A stretch of 64,000 nucleotides of DNA from Gnetum montanum (lineage: Eukaryota > Plantae > Gnetophyta), in the NCBI GenBank assembly GCA_015680685.1, contig MNCI01001559.1, positions 260,807 through 324,806 of the forward strand, read 5' to 3'. Of the stretch, positions 12,212 to 24,346 are shown one piece after another (the stretch's first letter is position 1; each line of letters opens with the position of its first letter). Position numbers and translations under genes: made by a program. Below the pieces are notes generated by a model. That model did no database searches, was not told where the DNA came from, and was given only the letters and a program-made list of their open reading frames with translations.

Positions 12212-13073
12212 TGATGAGTGGCAAGGTACCCCTAGACTCAACCATACAAATACAAACATTTCATGCATGATCCGATTGAACTCCACAAACAGACTAGTTG
12301 TGGTATCTAAACGATTACTCGTTGATCGTAGTTTGTTATCTTCCCACCTGGACTAGTATTAACTTTGTCACTATGGTTTAGTCCAAAGTGAGGTGTATGA
12401 TGTGTTCCTACACTAATGCTACTCCTAGGGATGATGGAAAATAATATCAACTAAACTAGGAGAGAGAGTGTGAGAAAGGATCTAAACTTAAACTAGCCTA
12501 AGTGCGATGAGCATCCGTTCTTTAATCATCTGTACACATCTTGGACCTCGTGCACGACTACCACTAGGATTACCAAGCGCATAACCTAAGTACGCTACTG
12601 GGTTACCAAGTAGTTACACTTAAATGTTCATGATTAAGTCGTACTCATTCCACGTTACTAGAAAATAAGAGTAGAGAGATATTAACTAAGAAGCAATAAA
12701 TAACAATAACAATTAAATAATTAAGCTAAGTGAATGCTGCAATGATGAAGTAATCTCGATCTTTATTGCCGATCATGTGCATGTCCAAGTACGTCACACT
12801 CGAATAAAAATGCCGTACAATTACAATCACCACACTAGGCATGCATTGGAAGAAAAGGGTTGAGAAGAAAAACTGACAAAACTTAAATTTTTAAAAACTT
12901 AAAAAAAACCTCAAAACTGCCTACTAAATCTACCTACCTCTTATTTATAGATGAAGAGACAGACTACGATATCGCATACGCGATATCACGTCTAGGCTGT
13001 GATATTGCATACATGATATCGCATATGCAATATCATGGGTGCAATATCACAGCCAACAATTCATGACTCATCA
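12212..13073 (-). repeat. 5' LTR of element 1
   Basis: Direct repeat of 6408-7258; adjacent PBS; TATA (CTATAAATAAGAGG on minus strand) preceded by GCGATATCGC-like units. Confidence 0.95.
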
Positions 13074-13340
13074 ACAATGGTGCATCATGTCTCAAAGGCA
13101 ACAACCTATGCATCCCCATAACACATGCATGTCCAATTCATCAATGCAAGCTACAAGCCTATCACATTAATCTCCTTACATGTTTGATAGCAATGATAGT
13201 AATATTATGTTAAGCTACCACAATGACACATCATGTTTGAAAGGTAACAACCTAAGCATCCCCATTACATGTGCATGTACAATTCATCAATGCAAACTCT
13301 AGACCTAATACATAATCTCCTTAAATATCTAATAGCAATG
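13074..13340. repeat. ~145-bp tandem repeat, right part
   Basis: ACAAT at 13074 recurs at 13220 (146-bp period); same unit as 5890-6407. Confidence 0.85.
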
Positions 13341-13641
13341 GTAGATTGAAACTTATTTTAAAGACTTTGAATTTGCAGTATAGAGGTCATAGTCTACCGA
13401 AGCAATATAATTGAAGGGGCATAATAGAGGTCTAGTATAAAATCATCCAATCTAAAATATATATTAAAATTAAACCGGAAACAACATAGAATTAAAGGGG
13501 GTACTAATTACTAGGCTTCAACAAATATATAATAAGATTAAATCCCAAACATGTTATCGTCATAACCTTTTTTAATCTATTTGGGTTCAGCTTCATAAAT
13601 TCTCCACCATAAGCGGCTTTCTCCATGCTTGTCCATGTCTA

Positions 13642-13996
13642 TCATTTATTTGCCGAAGTCGCATAAATGAATTTCTTCGTCACAACAAAGTCTTTGATGC
13701 AAAGAGGAAGCCAGCCGAGCACTGACGCGATAGTTGATAATTTACCGTAAGAGAACCAAGCAGGAGAGTGTTTTCTTAAAATGACATCTGCAGATTTAGA
13801 AGCAAAAACATCGGTGGGAGTGCGGCCAGATTCTTGGGAATATGTAACCCTTCTATGTATAGCTTCTTCAAAAGGCTTATAAAACTTGTACTCTGGCACT
13901 GTCTTGAACACTTCTGCAGAATGGATCCCCAGGTTTGACTTGACTGCACCGGGAACCACTGTCACCACATCTATTCCAAAAGGTTTCAGTTCTACC
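13642..13996 (-). CDS. SDR exon 3
   Basis: Acceptor TTGCAG; VELKPFGIDVVTVVPGAVKSNLG...ATSANK*. Confidence 0.92.
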
Positions 13997-16900
13997 CTGC
14001 AACAGGAAACCTATTATTTGAAACTTTTGTATGTGTCATTAAAGCTAACTAGAACATTTTTTCGAAGTTATTAAACATTGAAAAGCGTAGAAGGCCAATC
14101 TAGAAATTTGAGAAAATTCATTAAGTCAAACAAATCACAACAGATCATTGAGGATGGAAGATTGTGGGCTTATCATGGGATTGCTAACCAGTTATGAATT
14201 CTGCAACTGAGTCTAATCATTCTGCTAATCTTTTTATCCCACTTTAACCAGAATTATATACTAATTGGAATCAAGAGGAGATTTTAAGTAGCTACAATTA
14301 CAATGAAAGATTCTTTCAAACTTGGTTTCATAGAAGCTCAGAGAAACAGAATGGTAAATTATTTACCATCAAAGAAAACGAAACTAGAACAGTTTCTACC
14401 CTAAATCTAGCATCTATCGTAGCACAATTTCACTTTTGATCCTAGATAACAGAAGGGAGAAACTTGAGCAAAACATAAAAACATATATTCCACAGCAAAT
14501 AAAATTCATAATTATTCACTATAAATAGAGGAACTCCATCTGCAATTTAATGGCTAATTAGAGATGACTTGGGAGATCGTTTCCTGTTTGCTACCACTAA
14601 AAACAATAATTATCGTAATTATCGTATTGGCTTAATCATCAATCCAAAGAAAAATATTATTCCGTATTCAAAAATTTTGTCAAACATAATAGATAGGTAG
14701 GAAATTCATGGAAACGAACATTAATGGAACTTTTACCCAATACCTACTGACATGCTGCAAATGAACTCTCCCCCAAGATGCTCATCTGAAAAACTATAAG
14801 AGAGCGATGTGACTAATGATTAAAGATTGAAAGAATCATAATAGGATGGCAAGATGTAATATGCAATTGAAAAGTCTAGGCAAGTAGACTCTGGTAACAC
14901 TTCATCGCCCAAGCAAACCTCTAGAGGTCCAAATTTCAATCAATGACTGTCAAAACTAGTTTACTGAATAAAGGTCTTTTTTGCCCGACTTTGCTTTTTA
15001 TTTAAACAACTCTATTGAGCCTGTGAGCGTTATCCCTAAACAGGGACATAAAAAGCCAATTTACTACGTCAGTAATATTCAGAAATGAAGAACTGCAATT
15101 GTATCCTCTCTATCACAGTTCTGCCTTTGGTCCGTTCAAGCACGGAAGTGTTCTCATTGATGATTGTTTTCGTGGTAGGTGGGTCATTGAAAAGAGATGT
15201 CATGTGAATAAGGACGGTAACACCTTCATGGAGCACATTACTTGCTCAGTGGAGAAGCAAAATTTATCTTCAAGTAGGAAACTGTTGTAAATGTGAAGCT
15301 AAATCTTGTAGCTTTATTGTTTAATTGATAAATATAGCCTTTTTCTAAGGGATGACCTACTGTTAATTAAAGGGTTCTTTCTAGATGGGGTTCTTTCTAG
15401 ATGGTAGGGATCAGTACATGAGGGCAATAAACTAGAAAAATGTCTCAGTTTCTATTGCAGCCTTACCCCCTTCTACCCAAGTCCCCAAGGCAAAATGATG
15501 AACTTTTTACTGTTAGCGTGCTAAATCAAAACTTTAATTGCACAATGTATTTTGGACTATTATGTATTGGAATAATTTGCAATTGACCACATAACTTAAT
15601 AAAAGGAGCTGCAAAATTCAATTTAAAATCCAAAAATTTGAAAAGAAAAAGAAGCTATTATGTATTGAAAAGAAAAAAAAAATAACTCATGCGTGTGCTC
15701 TACCTTATGAATAAGAAAATACTGGCAAGACAAGAACAGATATTTCTGTTGCTTTCAGTCCCTTGTAAATACTTGCAGAACATTATTTTATTGCTGATTT
15801 AAGTTATCCTCATCATTATACTTAGAAATTGTCTTGGATGGCAGCCATCCAAGATACAATTATATAAAACTAGTGATATTTACATTTTCAGTGTTCTTGT
15901 CTGGTTCCTTAGAGAGTATCAATGGGAGATACCTTTTGAATTCAAACTACAAACATAATGCTTCAGTTAAAGGCATCACCTTTTTCTTGGTTGCCATTCC
16001 CAACTAGAGAACTCCAACATTTCATGATCATTTTCAATTATTGATAGTCAAGCTTTGAATGAAGATAAATATGGATATAAAGATCATATTGACATGCAAA
16101 ACTATCCAAACATTGAAGACTATAGCAATGGCAGCAGACTTCCTAAGTTTATCATTAATAATATTGGCTGTAGGAATGGAATAATCCAAATATAAATTGT
16201 TGTATACTAGCTGAAAATTGACCAACCTACATGTAGAAATAATTGCATATTAGGAAAGGTAGTTCGGGGAATGAACCTAGTTAAACTAATTTTTTCTACG
16301 TTTTCTTTCTTCTTTTTTCCCTTTCGGTTATACAAAGCAGGGTTATAACTGAAATCCAAAACATAGTTGAATTGGCTAGGGAATTTACATCATGCAACTT
16401 AAAACTCTACAGAATTTTGATATTCTGCTCCATTTTTTGTCCTTAGAAAATAAAATGCATTTTTTATGTCACAGACCAACACTTGTTAAAATGTTTTATT
16501 GCCCCGTGTAAAGAGGAAACAATTTTCAATAAAACACAACAATGTACAAAATGCATTAATGCGAAAAATCAACCTTAATGCATCTGAAAGAGAATGAACA
16601 GCTGCTTTGGAGGCAGCATAGGCACCGACCCATGGTGAAGGATTGATAGCTACCACACTTCCAATGTTAACAATCTTGCCCTTTCTCTGTTTTATCATGT
16701 GTGGGGTCACCTCTTTGGTCACACGCATTAGTCCTGAAATCCAGCAATCGAAAATGCGACATTTTCATTGTCTCTAGCATAATTTTAAGAAAAAAATAAA
16801 CCTCAGAACCATGACCGTGTTACCAAATTAGACATAGCCTGGTATTTAAAAAGTGTTTTAGTTGGGAACTTCGGATGACATATTTACAGTAACGTGACAT

Positions 16901-19181
16901 CGAGAGTTAAAAATTAGTTATGGCTCTAGAACGAAAGCAACATAAACTCATCTTATCCAAGGACCGTAAAAATATTATGATCCACATTGGTAGAATCACT
17001 TTGTCTGGAATATTCAAGGAACAATTAGCTAGTTTTTTCTTGGGTACAAAAATCCTATTTTTATAGTATTGAAAAAAGTTATAGGCCGTGACAAGAAGTT
17101 CACCACAATTTGATAAAATATCTATAAGAACTTCAATATAGTTCTGATGAGCTTCCAGACTACAGTGAAAATAACAAACACTTACAAACACCTAAAGTAG
17201 CAAAACATATCCCTAAATTGTAGTGAAACAGAAAAAGGAAACGTAAACCACTTAATTTGGACAAAAGTAAGACCAAATCCATAGTGGAGACGCATTAAAA
17301 AAGCAAAATGAAGATTAATGGAATGAAGTGTGTCTAGTTCTTCCAAAGCTGAGGTCCAACACACGAAAGCATTTTTAACAAAAGTACGAAAATTTCATTC
17401 TCCTGAGGGCATGAAAACCAAATGGAACATATAAAAATGATCGTCATCAGTTTTAACAAAAGTTTGAAAGCATTTGGTTGCAAAGAGTTTCAGATAAATG
17501 GGAGCTGTTTATTTAGGGTTAGATCTCCTACTACCAATTTCTTACCACATCATTGCCACTTCCAACGTTGACTGCCTGACCTACCGATTTTCTAAAATAA
17601 GAAACTCAACACAAAGCACCATGTATATAGGCTGCAGCCCAACGGACCATAATTTCACTAGGAAAAAAAAAATAGCTGTATGCAACCAACTATGATTTTC
17701 TCGTGAGAAAAAGTTTTTGCCCGAAAGAAATTTGAGGGTTTGTGAAAAAAAATTGAGCTTCAATAGTTTTTAACACAATTTACTTTTGCTTGCTACAATG
17801 CCACCATTCACACATGCTTGCTGTGGCATCTACCGAGGAAAAACACTAACATCTAACATATACCAGTTTAGTTTTGCTTGCTGCAATGCCACCATTCACA
17901 TATACAAGGGAAAACACTGTAGCATCTAACATATACCAATATACTTTTGCCTGTTACAATGCCACCATTAACCTATACCAGTTTACTTTTGCTTGCTGCA
18001 ATGACACCGTTCCTATGGCATCTAACATATATGAGGAAAAATGGTGTAGCATCTAAAGAATTGAACATTTAACTTTATATTTGTATTTTTATTATTTGTT
18101 AAGTACACCTTTATCATCTATCAATGCAATTCTGTTGATCATATGTATATTTAAATAACGGTAACTGTCCCACCGTGCCAGGGCAGCGCGGCCCATGCAA
18201 TGGTAGGACAAAAAAAATATTTGTCAAAAGCGGATAAAAGATCAGACCCTTTTTAGTCAACTCCCAGATAGATGTACAATGAAATCTTACTCCATTTTTA
18301 ACAGTGCCGCAAAAAGTTCTAAGCCGTGACTACAAGCTCAGTACACTTTGATAAAGTATCTGGAAGAACCTAGATATAGTTCTGACAAGCTCCGGTACGA
18401 AGATGAAGACAACAAACACTTACAAACGCCTAAAGTAGTCAAACATAATCATGAACTTCCGTGAAACAGAAAAAGGAAACGTAAGCCACTAAATTTGGAC
18501 AAAGGTAAGGCCAAATCCATAGTGGAAGTTATGCCAACGCTGATGTCCAACAAACGGCAGCATTTTTAACAAAAGTAAGGAAATTTTCAACCTTCGGAAA
18601 GCGCAAAACCGAAACAAAACAAACAAAAATGATCTTTGTCCGTTCTAACAAAAGTTTGAAAGCTTTTGGTACTGAAGCGTTTCAGATTAAACGTGACATG
18701 GAATCCTACGCCATTTCAACGCGTGTTGAACAAAATCTTAATGAGTCGGTCGTCCACGAGAGCCAAAAAGCAGAGAGGGAAAAAAATATTGCAGGCAGCA
18801 GCGCATACCAAAAACGTTCGTTTCGAAGGTGTTCTGGATAAGGCGGAGCGGCGTCTCGACAAGCGGTGAAACGCAATGAACGCCGGCGTTGTTAACAAGA
18901 ACATCGATGCGGCCGTGCGCGGCCACGGCGGTAGCCACGGCGTCGGAAACGCTGGCATCGGATTGAACATCCATCTGCAATGCCGTTGCAATTTTGAGGT
19001 TCTGCTTCAGCTCCGCCACGGCCGCCTCCGAACGCGCCGTGGCCACAACGCGGCAGCCGCGGCGGGCGAGCTCCAATGCCAGGGCGTGGCCGATGCCACC
19101 ACTGCTACAGCCCGTTATCAACACTACTGCGTCGTTTGGTTTCTCCTTCTCCTGGCCTAACTTCTGCTGCCTATTTCCCAT
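13642..19181 (-). CDS. Short-chain dehydrogenase/reductase (classical SDR, AYR1 / 1-acyl-DHAP reductase-like plant family), 3 exons, 295 aa: join(19181-18809, 16733-16574, 13996-13642)
   Basis: TGCSSGGIG dinucleotide-binding motif, NNAG, catalytic YAASK and LRVELKPFGIDVVTVVPG. Canonical GT-AG junctions give 373+160+355 = 888 nt, in frame with no stops. Confidence 0.93.
16574..16733 (-). CDS. SDR exon 2
   Basis: Acceptor TTTCAG; LMRVTKEV...VNIGS...YAASKAAVHSLSDAL; donor GT at 16573. Confidence 0.92.
17045..18690. repeat. Diverged ~450-bp direct duplication in SDR intron 1 (17045-17495 and 18280-18690)
   Basis: Shared aacaaacacttacaaac.cctaaagtag..., gaaacagaaaaaggaaacgtaa.ccact, agcatttttaacaaaagta and aacaaaagtttgaaagc. 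Confidence 0.85.
17775..18056. repeat. Short intronic tandem repeat (tttacttttgcttgctgcaatgccaccatt / gcatctaacatatac units)
   Basis: Four degenerate copies visible. Confidence 0.8.
18809..19181 (-). CDS. SDR exon 1
   Basis: MGNRQ...VVLITGCSSGGIG...NNAG...ETNVF-G, donor GTATGC at 18808; GC- and CpG-rich. Confidence 0.92.
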
Positions 19182-19237
19182 GCCTTCTCTACTTTTGCTC
19201 CTTATTCTGTGGTACTGCTGCTACGGATCCGATCCGA

Positions 19238-19470
19238 CCACAAAGTTTGTGAGATTCCTATCGATCTGTGGCGATTTCTGTTATCGCCCTTCATTGATTG
19301 CCTGGTAAACACAAAGTTTGAGATTCTTATCCATCTGTGGCGATTTCTGTTATCGCCCTCCATTGATTGCATGTTAAACCAATAGCAGCTGCTGCTGCAG
19401 GCCATTGATTGCATGTTACAGCTGCTGCAGGCCATTGATTGCGTGTTACAGCTGCTGCTCCTGCTGCAGG
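19238..19470. repeat. Tandem duplications in the SDR 5' UTR/proximal promoter
   Basis: 2x ~70-bp cacaaagtttg..gatctgtggcgatttctgttatcgccct..cattgattgc, then 3x cagctgctgc(aggccattgattgc) units. Confidence 0.85.
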
Positions 19471-19699
19471 CTGGACAAGGTTATCGTTGTTTTTATTACG
19501 TAATTACAAAGCCTATGATGCCGTTGGTGAGGGCAGGGGTATGTATGTTTTCAATTTTTTATCAATGTACATGGATAATGTGTCATCATGCTTATGCTTA
19601 TAGATGTGTTTTATGTTGATGAATACATACTTATGTTAACGATAGATTGTGACTAATATATGTTGGCATCTCTTTCTTTGTGTGCGTTGTAAAGTGCAA

Positions 19700-21438
19700 G
19701 GAAGTGCAACTGGCACCCTTCCTTAGTCCCAACCAAAAGGCTTAAAAGCTTTTTAGAAGGGAAGAATTGCTTAGAGTTTGAGGTTCCTAGAGGGTAAAAG
19801 GTCATGAAGATCATCTAGAAGGCATATGGTTTCCAGAAGGCAAAGGGTCATTCAATAACAAGTGCTACGTAAACTACGAGACAAGGTGACTAGCACCCTC
19901 TCACAATCTCAACCAAAAGGTATTCAAACCTTTTAAAAGAAAACAATTGCTTAGAGTTTGAGGTTACCAGAGGTAAAAGGGATATCTAGAAGACTTAAGT
20001 TCATCCGAAAGGGATGCTTTCCGAAAAGAAATAATTGGTTGGAGTTTGTGGCTTCCAAAAGGCAAAGTGACATCCGATAGCAAGTGAAACATAAACTGTG
20101 AGGTAGTGCGACTAACATTCTCCCATAGTCCTAGAAGGCATTCAAACCTTCTAGAATGGAACAACTACTTGGAATTTGAGGTTATCAAAAGGCAAAGGGT
20201 CATCTGGAAAGCTAAAGATCATTTGAAAGATATCCAAGCCTTCCAAAAAGGAATAATTTGTTGGGGTTTTTGGCTTTTGAAAGGCAAAGGACCATCCAGT
20301 AGCAATGTGCTATGTAAACTATAAGGCAGACACTCAAACCTTCCAAAAAGGGAACAATTGCTTGCTTAAAGCTTGAGTCTACTGGATGGAAGGCTGAAGA
20401 TCATTCAGCAAGCAACCAGACATTCCAAAAGGGAATAATTAGTTGGAGTTTGTAGCTTCTAGAAGGTAGAGGATCATCCAGTAGCAAGTGCTACGTAAAC
20501 TACGAGGTAATGCGACTAACACCCTCTTATAGTCCTAATCGAAAGGCATTCAAACTTTCCAAAAGAGAATAATTTCTTGGAGTTTAAGGTTATCAAAAGG
20601 TAGAGGATCATTCGAAAGGCATCCAGGCCTTCCAGAAAGGAATAATTGGTTAGATTGTATGGCTTCTGAAAGGTAGAGGACCATCCAATAGCAAGTGCTA
20701 CATAAATTGTGAGGCAATGGAACTAGCACCCTCTCGTAGTCCCAACCAAAAGGCATCTAGACCTTTCGGAAGGGAATAGTTACTTGGAGTTTGAGGTTAC
20801 TAGAAGGTAGAGTATCATCCAAAAGGCTGAAGATAGTCCAAAATACATCCAAGCCTTCTAGAAGAAAATAATTAGTTGGAGTTTATGGCTTCCAGAAGGT
20901 AGAGGGTCATTTAGTAGCAAGTGCTACATAAACTATGAGGCAATGTGACTAGCATCCTTTCGCAATCCCAACTAGAAGCATTCAAACCTTTCAAAAGAAA
21001 ACAATTGATTAGAGTTTGAGGTTACCAGAAGGCTGAAGATTATCTGAAAGGCATCTAGGTCTTTTGGAAATGAATAATTGGTTGGAGTTTGTGGCTTCCA
21101 GAAAGCATAGGATCATCTTGTAGCAAGTGCTACATAAACTATGAGGCATTGCAACTAGCACCCTCTTGTAGTCCCAACCGGAAGGCCTTTTGACCTTCTA
21201 GAAGAGAACAATTGCTTATAGTTTGAGGCTACTGGAAGGTTAAAGATTATCAGGAAGGCATCCAAGCCTTTCAATAGGGAATAATTGGTTGGAGTTTATG
21301 GCTTTTGGAAGGTAGAGAGTCATCCGGTAGCAAGTTCTACGTAAATTGTGACAATGCGACTAGCACCTACCCATAGTTCCAACCAAAAAGCATTTAATCT
21401 TTCCGAAAGAAAATAATTCCTTGGAGTTTGAAGCTACC
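19700..21438. repeat. 226-bp satellite (array 1), left part
   Basis: Unit GGAGTTTG(A/T)GGCT(A/T)CCGGAAGG...GTAGCAAGTGCTACGTAAACTGCGAGG...ACTAGCACCCTCCCGCAGTCCCAACC (reconstructed consensus); continues after element 2. Confidence 0.95.
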
Positions 21439-22244
21439 TGATGAGTTGCATTTTGGGCGACCACAATATCGCGTACGCAATATCGTAACCACAATATCGC
21501 AGCCTATCTCCTCATCTATAAATAAGAGGTAGACAGAAGAGTTAGGGATATAGAGTTTTAGAGTTAGTTTTGATTTTAGTTTTCAATTTTCCTCTCAACC
21601 CTTTTCCTCTCTGTGTATGCCCGCAATGTGGTGAATGTAATTGTACGACATCCTTTATTCGGGTGTGACGTACTTGGACACGTACATGACTAGCAATAAA
21701 GATTGAGATTACTTCGTCATTGCAGCATTCACTTAGTTTAATCATTTAATTAATTGTTATTTACTATTTTCCTAGTTAATCTCTTCTCACCCTTAAACTC
21801 ATGTTAAATGTGGAATGAGTACGACTTGACTACGAGCATTTAAGTGTGACTACTTGGTAACCCAGTAGCGTACCTAGGATCTGTGCTTGGTAATCCCAGT
21901 GGTAGTCGTGCATGAAGTCCAAGATATGTACGGATGATCAAGGAACGGATGCTCATCACACTTAGGCTAGTTTAGATTCTCTCACCCTCTCTCTCCTAGA
22001 TTAGTGAACATTACTTTCCATTGCCTTCAGGAGTAGCATTAGATTAGAAACACATCACACACCTCACTTTGGACTAAACCATATGTGACACAGCTAATAC
22101 TAGTCCAGGTGGGAAGACAGCGAACTGCAACCTAAGACTAACTATCTAGATGCCACAACTAGTCCTTCTGCAGAGTTCGACCGGATCGCATGTGTAACGC
22201 TCGTATTTGTATGGTTGAGTGTAGAGATACCTTGCCACTCATCA
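21439..22244 (+). repeat. 5' LTR of element 2
   Basis: Direct repeat of 29136-29965; TATA CTATAAATAAGAGG near 21516. Confidence 0.95.
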
Positions 22245-22245
22245 T

Positions 22246-22263
22246 TGGCGTCGTTGCTAGGGA
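22246..22263 (+). promoter_or_regulatory. Primer binding site (tRNA-Asp type) of element 2
   Basis: TGGCGTCGTTGCTAGGGA vs Athila TGGCGCCGTTGCCGGGGA. Confidence 0.85.
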
Positions 22264-22385
22264 TGGTGCTAGTTATCTAGATTAGTTATATCATACAAGG
22301 TCGCTATATAGGAATTAACGATATATCTTTTAGAAAGAAATAATTATAAAAAGTCACATATAAATTCACACACAATTTCACAACC

Positions 22386-24346
22386 ATGCCTCTCCTACAA
22401 TATCATAATAATGCCACATTTAGTGAGGAAGTTCATTAGAGAACCAATGAACTATATGACGATGAAAATTGGAGTACACAACCTGAAGTGGGAGTTTCTT
22501 ATAAACATGAACGAAAGCAACATCATCCCAATACACGAAAGCATAACTTACCCGATGACGATGAACCCCCATTGGCCACTACAAGCCTAACGCAAATACA
22601 AGAGGCTGTTCGAATCTCACATAGGCATCGTAAAGAGAGCTATCTACCCAAGCTCGATTTAAACAACTTTCCCAATTTTTCAGGAGGCTATGACTTAGAT
22701 CTGTAATAACATTTACAAGCCTTCTATGATGCCTGCACATGGAATAACATTGATAATGGGTGGCAAAAACTTAAGCTCTTTCCCATGACACTCGTCGGCC
22801 AAGCAAAAGTATGGTATAAATCGTTAAAACCAAATTCAATACGATGTTGGTCAACAATGGTAGAACTTTTTAATGAAAAATATCAAACCTATGCAAGAGT
22901 GTCAGCCTTGAGGAAACAAATCCAAGGGTGGAAACAAGCACAACATAAACCCTTGGACATGGCCTTAGAAAGATATTATGCACTTTTAAAAAACTGTCCA
23001 GGCCATGGGTTCTCCGAGGAAAGGCTAATGTACCACATTATTGATGGGCTTCATGATGCAACAAAAGAAACCCTAGGGATGTATGCCCAAGGTCAACTAT
23101 ACGAACTACGAACCCATCAAATCCAAGAGCTTATTAAGCGGGTAGCAAAAGAAGAAGGAGATATGGCTAGATGGAAGAGTGTTGAAAAACATCAACGGGA
23201 CCAAAATCTCAACTTAACAAAGGTCCATGATCATAAAAAGGGGAAATCAACCAATCACAAGGAGAAAGAACCATCTTTGCTGGTACAACAATCATTGGAA
23301 GAAGTCAAGGCAAAGATCAATAAGATGCTGGAATGGATGTATAAAAAGTGTGGAGAATTCATTGATATTATTGGAGATAGAGTTTTGACAACCCAAGAAG
23401 CAAAACAAAGTCTTAGTAGACAATCGGAAAGAAGGGATAAGGAAAATTGAATGCAACATATGCTTGTATGATCACCCCAAGGGCTAATGCCCAATATTGT
23501 TACATTTACATGAGGATTGGGGAAACACATTACATCCAAAGTTCGTACAAAGGTACTATGTTCGATCATAGTGGCAACAATCCCAGTCGTGGGGGAGACC
23601 ACCCCTAAATTGAAGACACCCTTCATATCATCCGAATCCAAACACTTATCTTGTTCAACATCATATTTCTCCAACTGGGCCAACGCACTTTATCTCACCA
23701 CAATACCATTCTCCTCAATACTATCAGCTCATATCTTCAACAAAACCATTGTCTTGTGCACCTTATACTCTTCCTAACTTTCAACATTCTCATTTTTTCC
23801 CTCCTTCTACATCACCACCAACTGTTCCTAAGGTGTTTGCACCATAGCAACAACCCATGAACATTACTTGCACTACTACTTCCAACAGCAGTGAGAGACC
23901 TCAGCAACATCGAAGGCATCCCTTCTTTAGAAATGACCCTAGGAAGGGACAACACAATTCTGAGGCCACTACATCCTCCAACTCAGCACAAGTCCAACCT
24001 TGTGGTGCATCCTTACCTTCGAACCCAACGCCTCATGTTACTTCATCAGGGCCACCAATTAACACTCCAACAACAATACGGCCCAATGAACACAGCCATA
24101 GAAGGCATCATCTCGATCCTTGCATACCATCTAATAGTCCCAAATATCATAGTGGGTCAACTCGTTATTTGGGAACTACATCGTATAAATTGCCCCACTA
24201 TGCTTACTATAATCAAGTGTGTGAACCCTGATGGGGTAAGTATGACTAGGCCCCAATATTTCTAACATGCAAGGATCCTCATCTTCCATTTATTAATCCT
24301 TGCCATCCTCAACCAATTAGTTATGGGGGATATCCTCCATTTTAAT
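22386..24346 (+). pseudogene. gag: gag (nonsense/frameshift-disrupted) with CX2CX3HX4C knuckle and low-complexity tail
   Basis: ATG 22386 is in frame with ORFs 22488 and 22785 (LFPMTLVGQAKVWYKSLKPNSI..W). CNICLYDHPKG*C at ~23452. Tail homologous to 10787-10140. Confidence 0.9.

Larger units (their letters stand above)
6408..13073 (-). mobile_element. Non-autonomous Athila-like Ty3 LTR retrotransposon (element 1, 6.7 kb, no pol)
   Basis: LTRs 6408-7258 and 12212-13073 with TGATGAG...CTCATCA ends. Perfect 5-bp TSD ACAAT (6403-6407, 13074-13078). tRNA-Asp-type PBS, PPT, gag and a shortened env-like ORF. Confidence 0.95.

Noticed and set aside
15099-15290. 63-aa ORF in SDR intron 2
   Set aside because: Non-ATG start, short, and no motif or splice support.
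18716-19435. Overlapping ORFs around SDR exon 1 (18876-19160 +, 18994-19308 +, 19202-19435 -)
   Set aside because: These are shadow frames of a GC-rich exon and of tandem duplications, with no independent protein signal.
23255-23683. Antisense ORFs in gag present in both elements
   Set aside because: They are explained by sequence homology of the two copies, are broken at different places, and have no recognisable domain.
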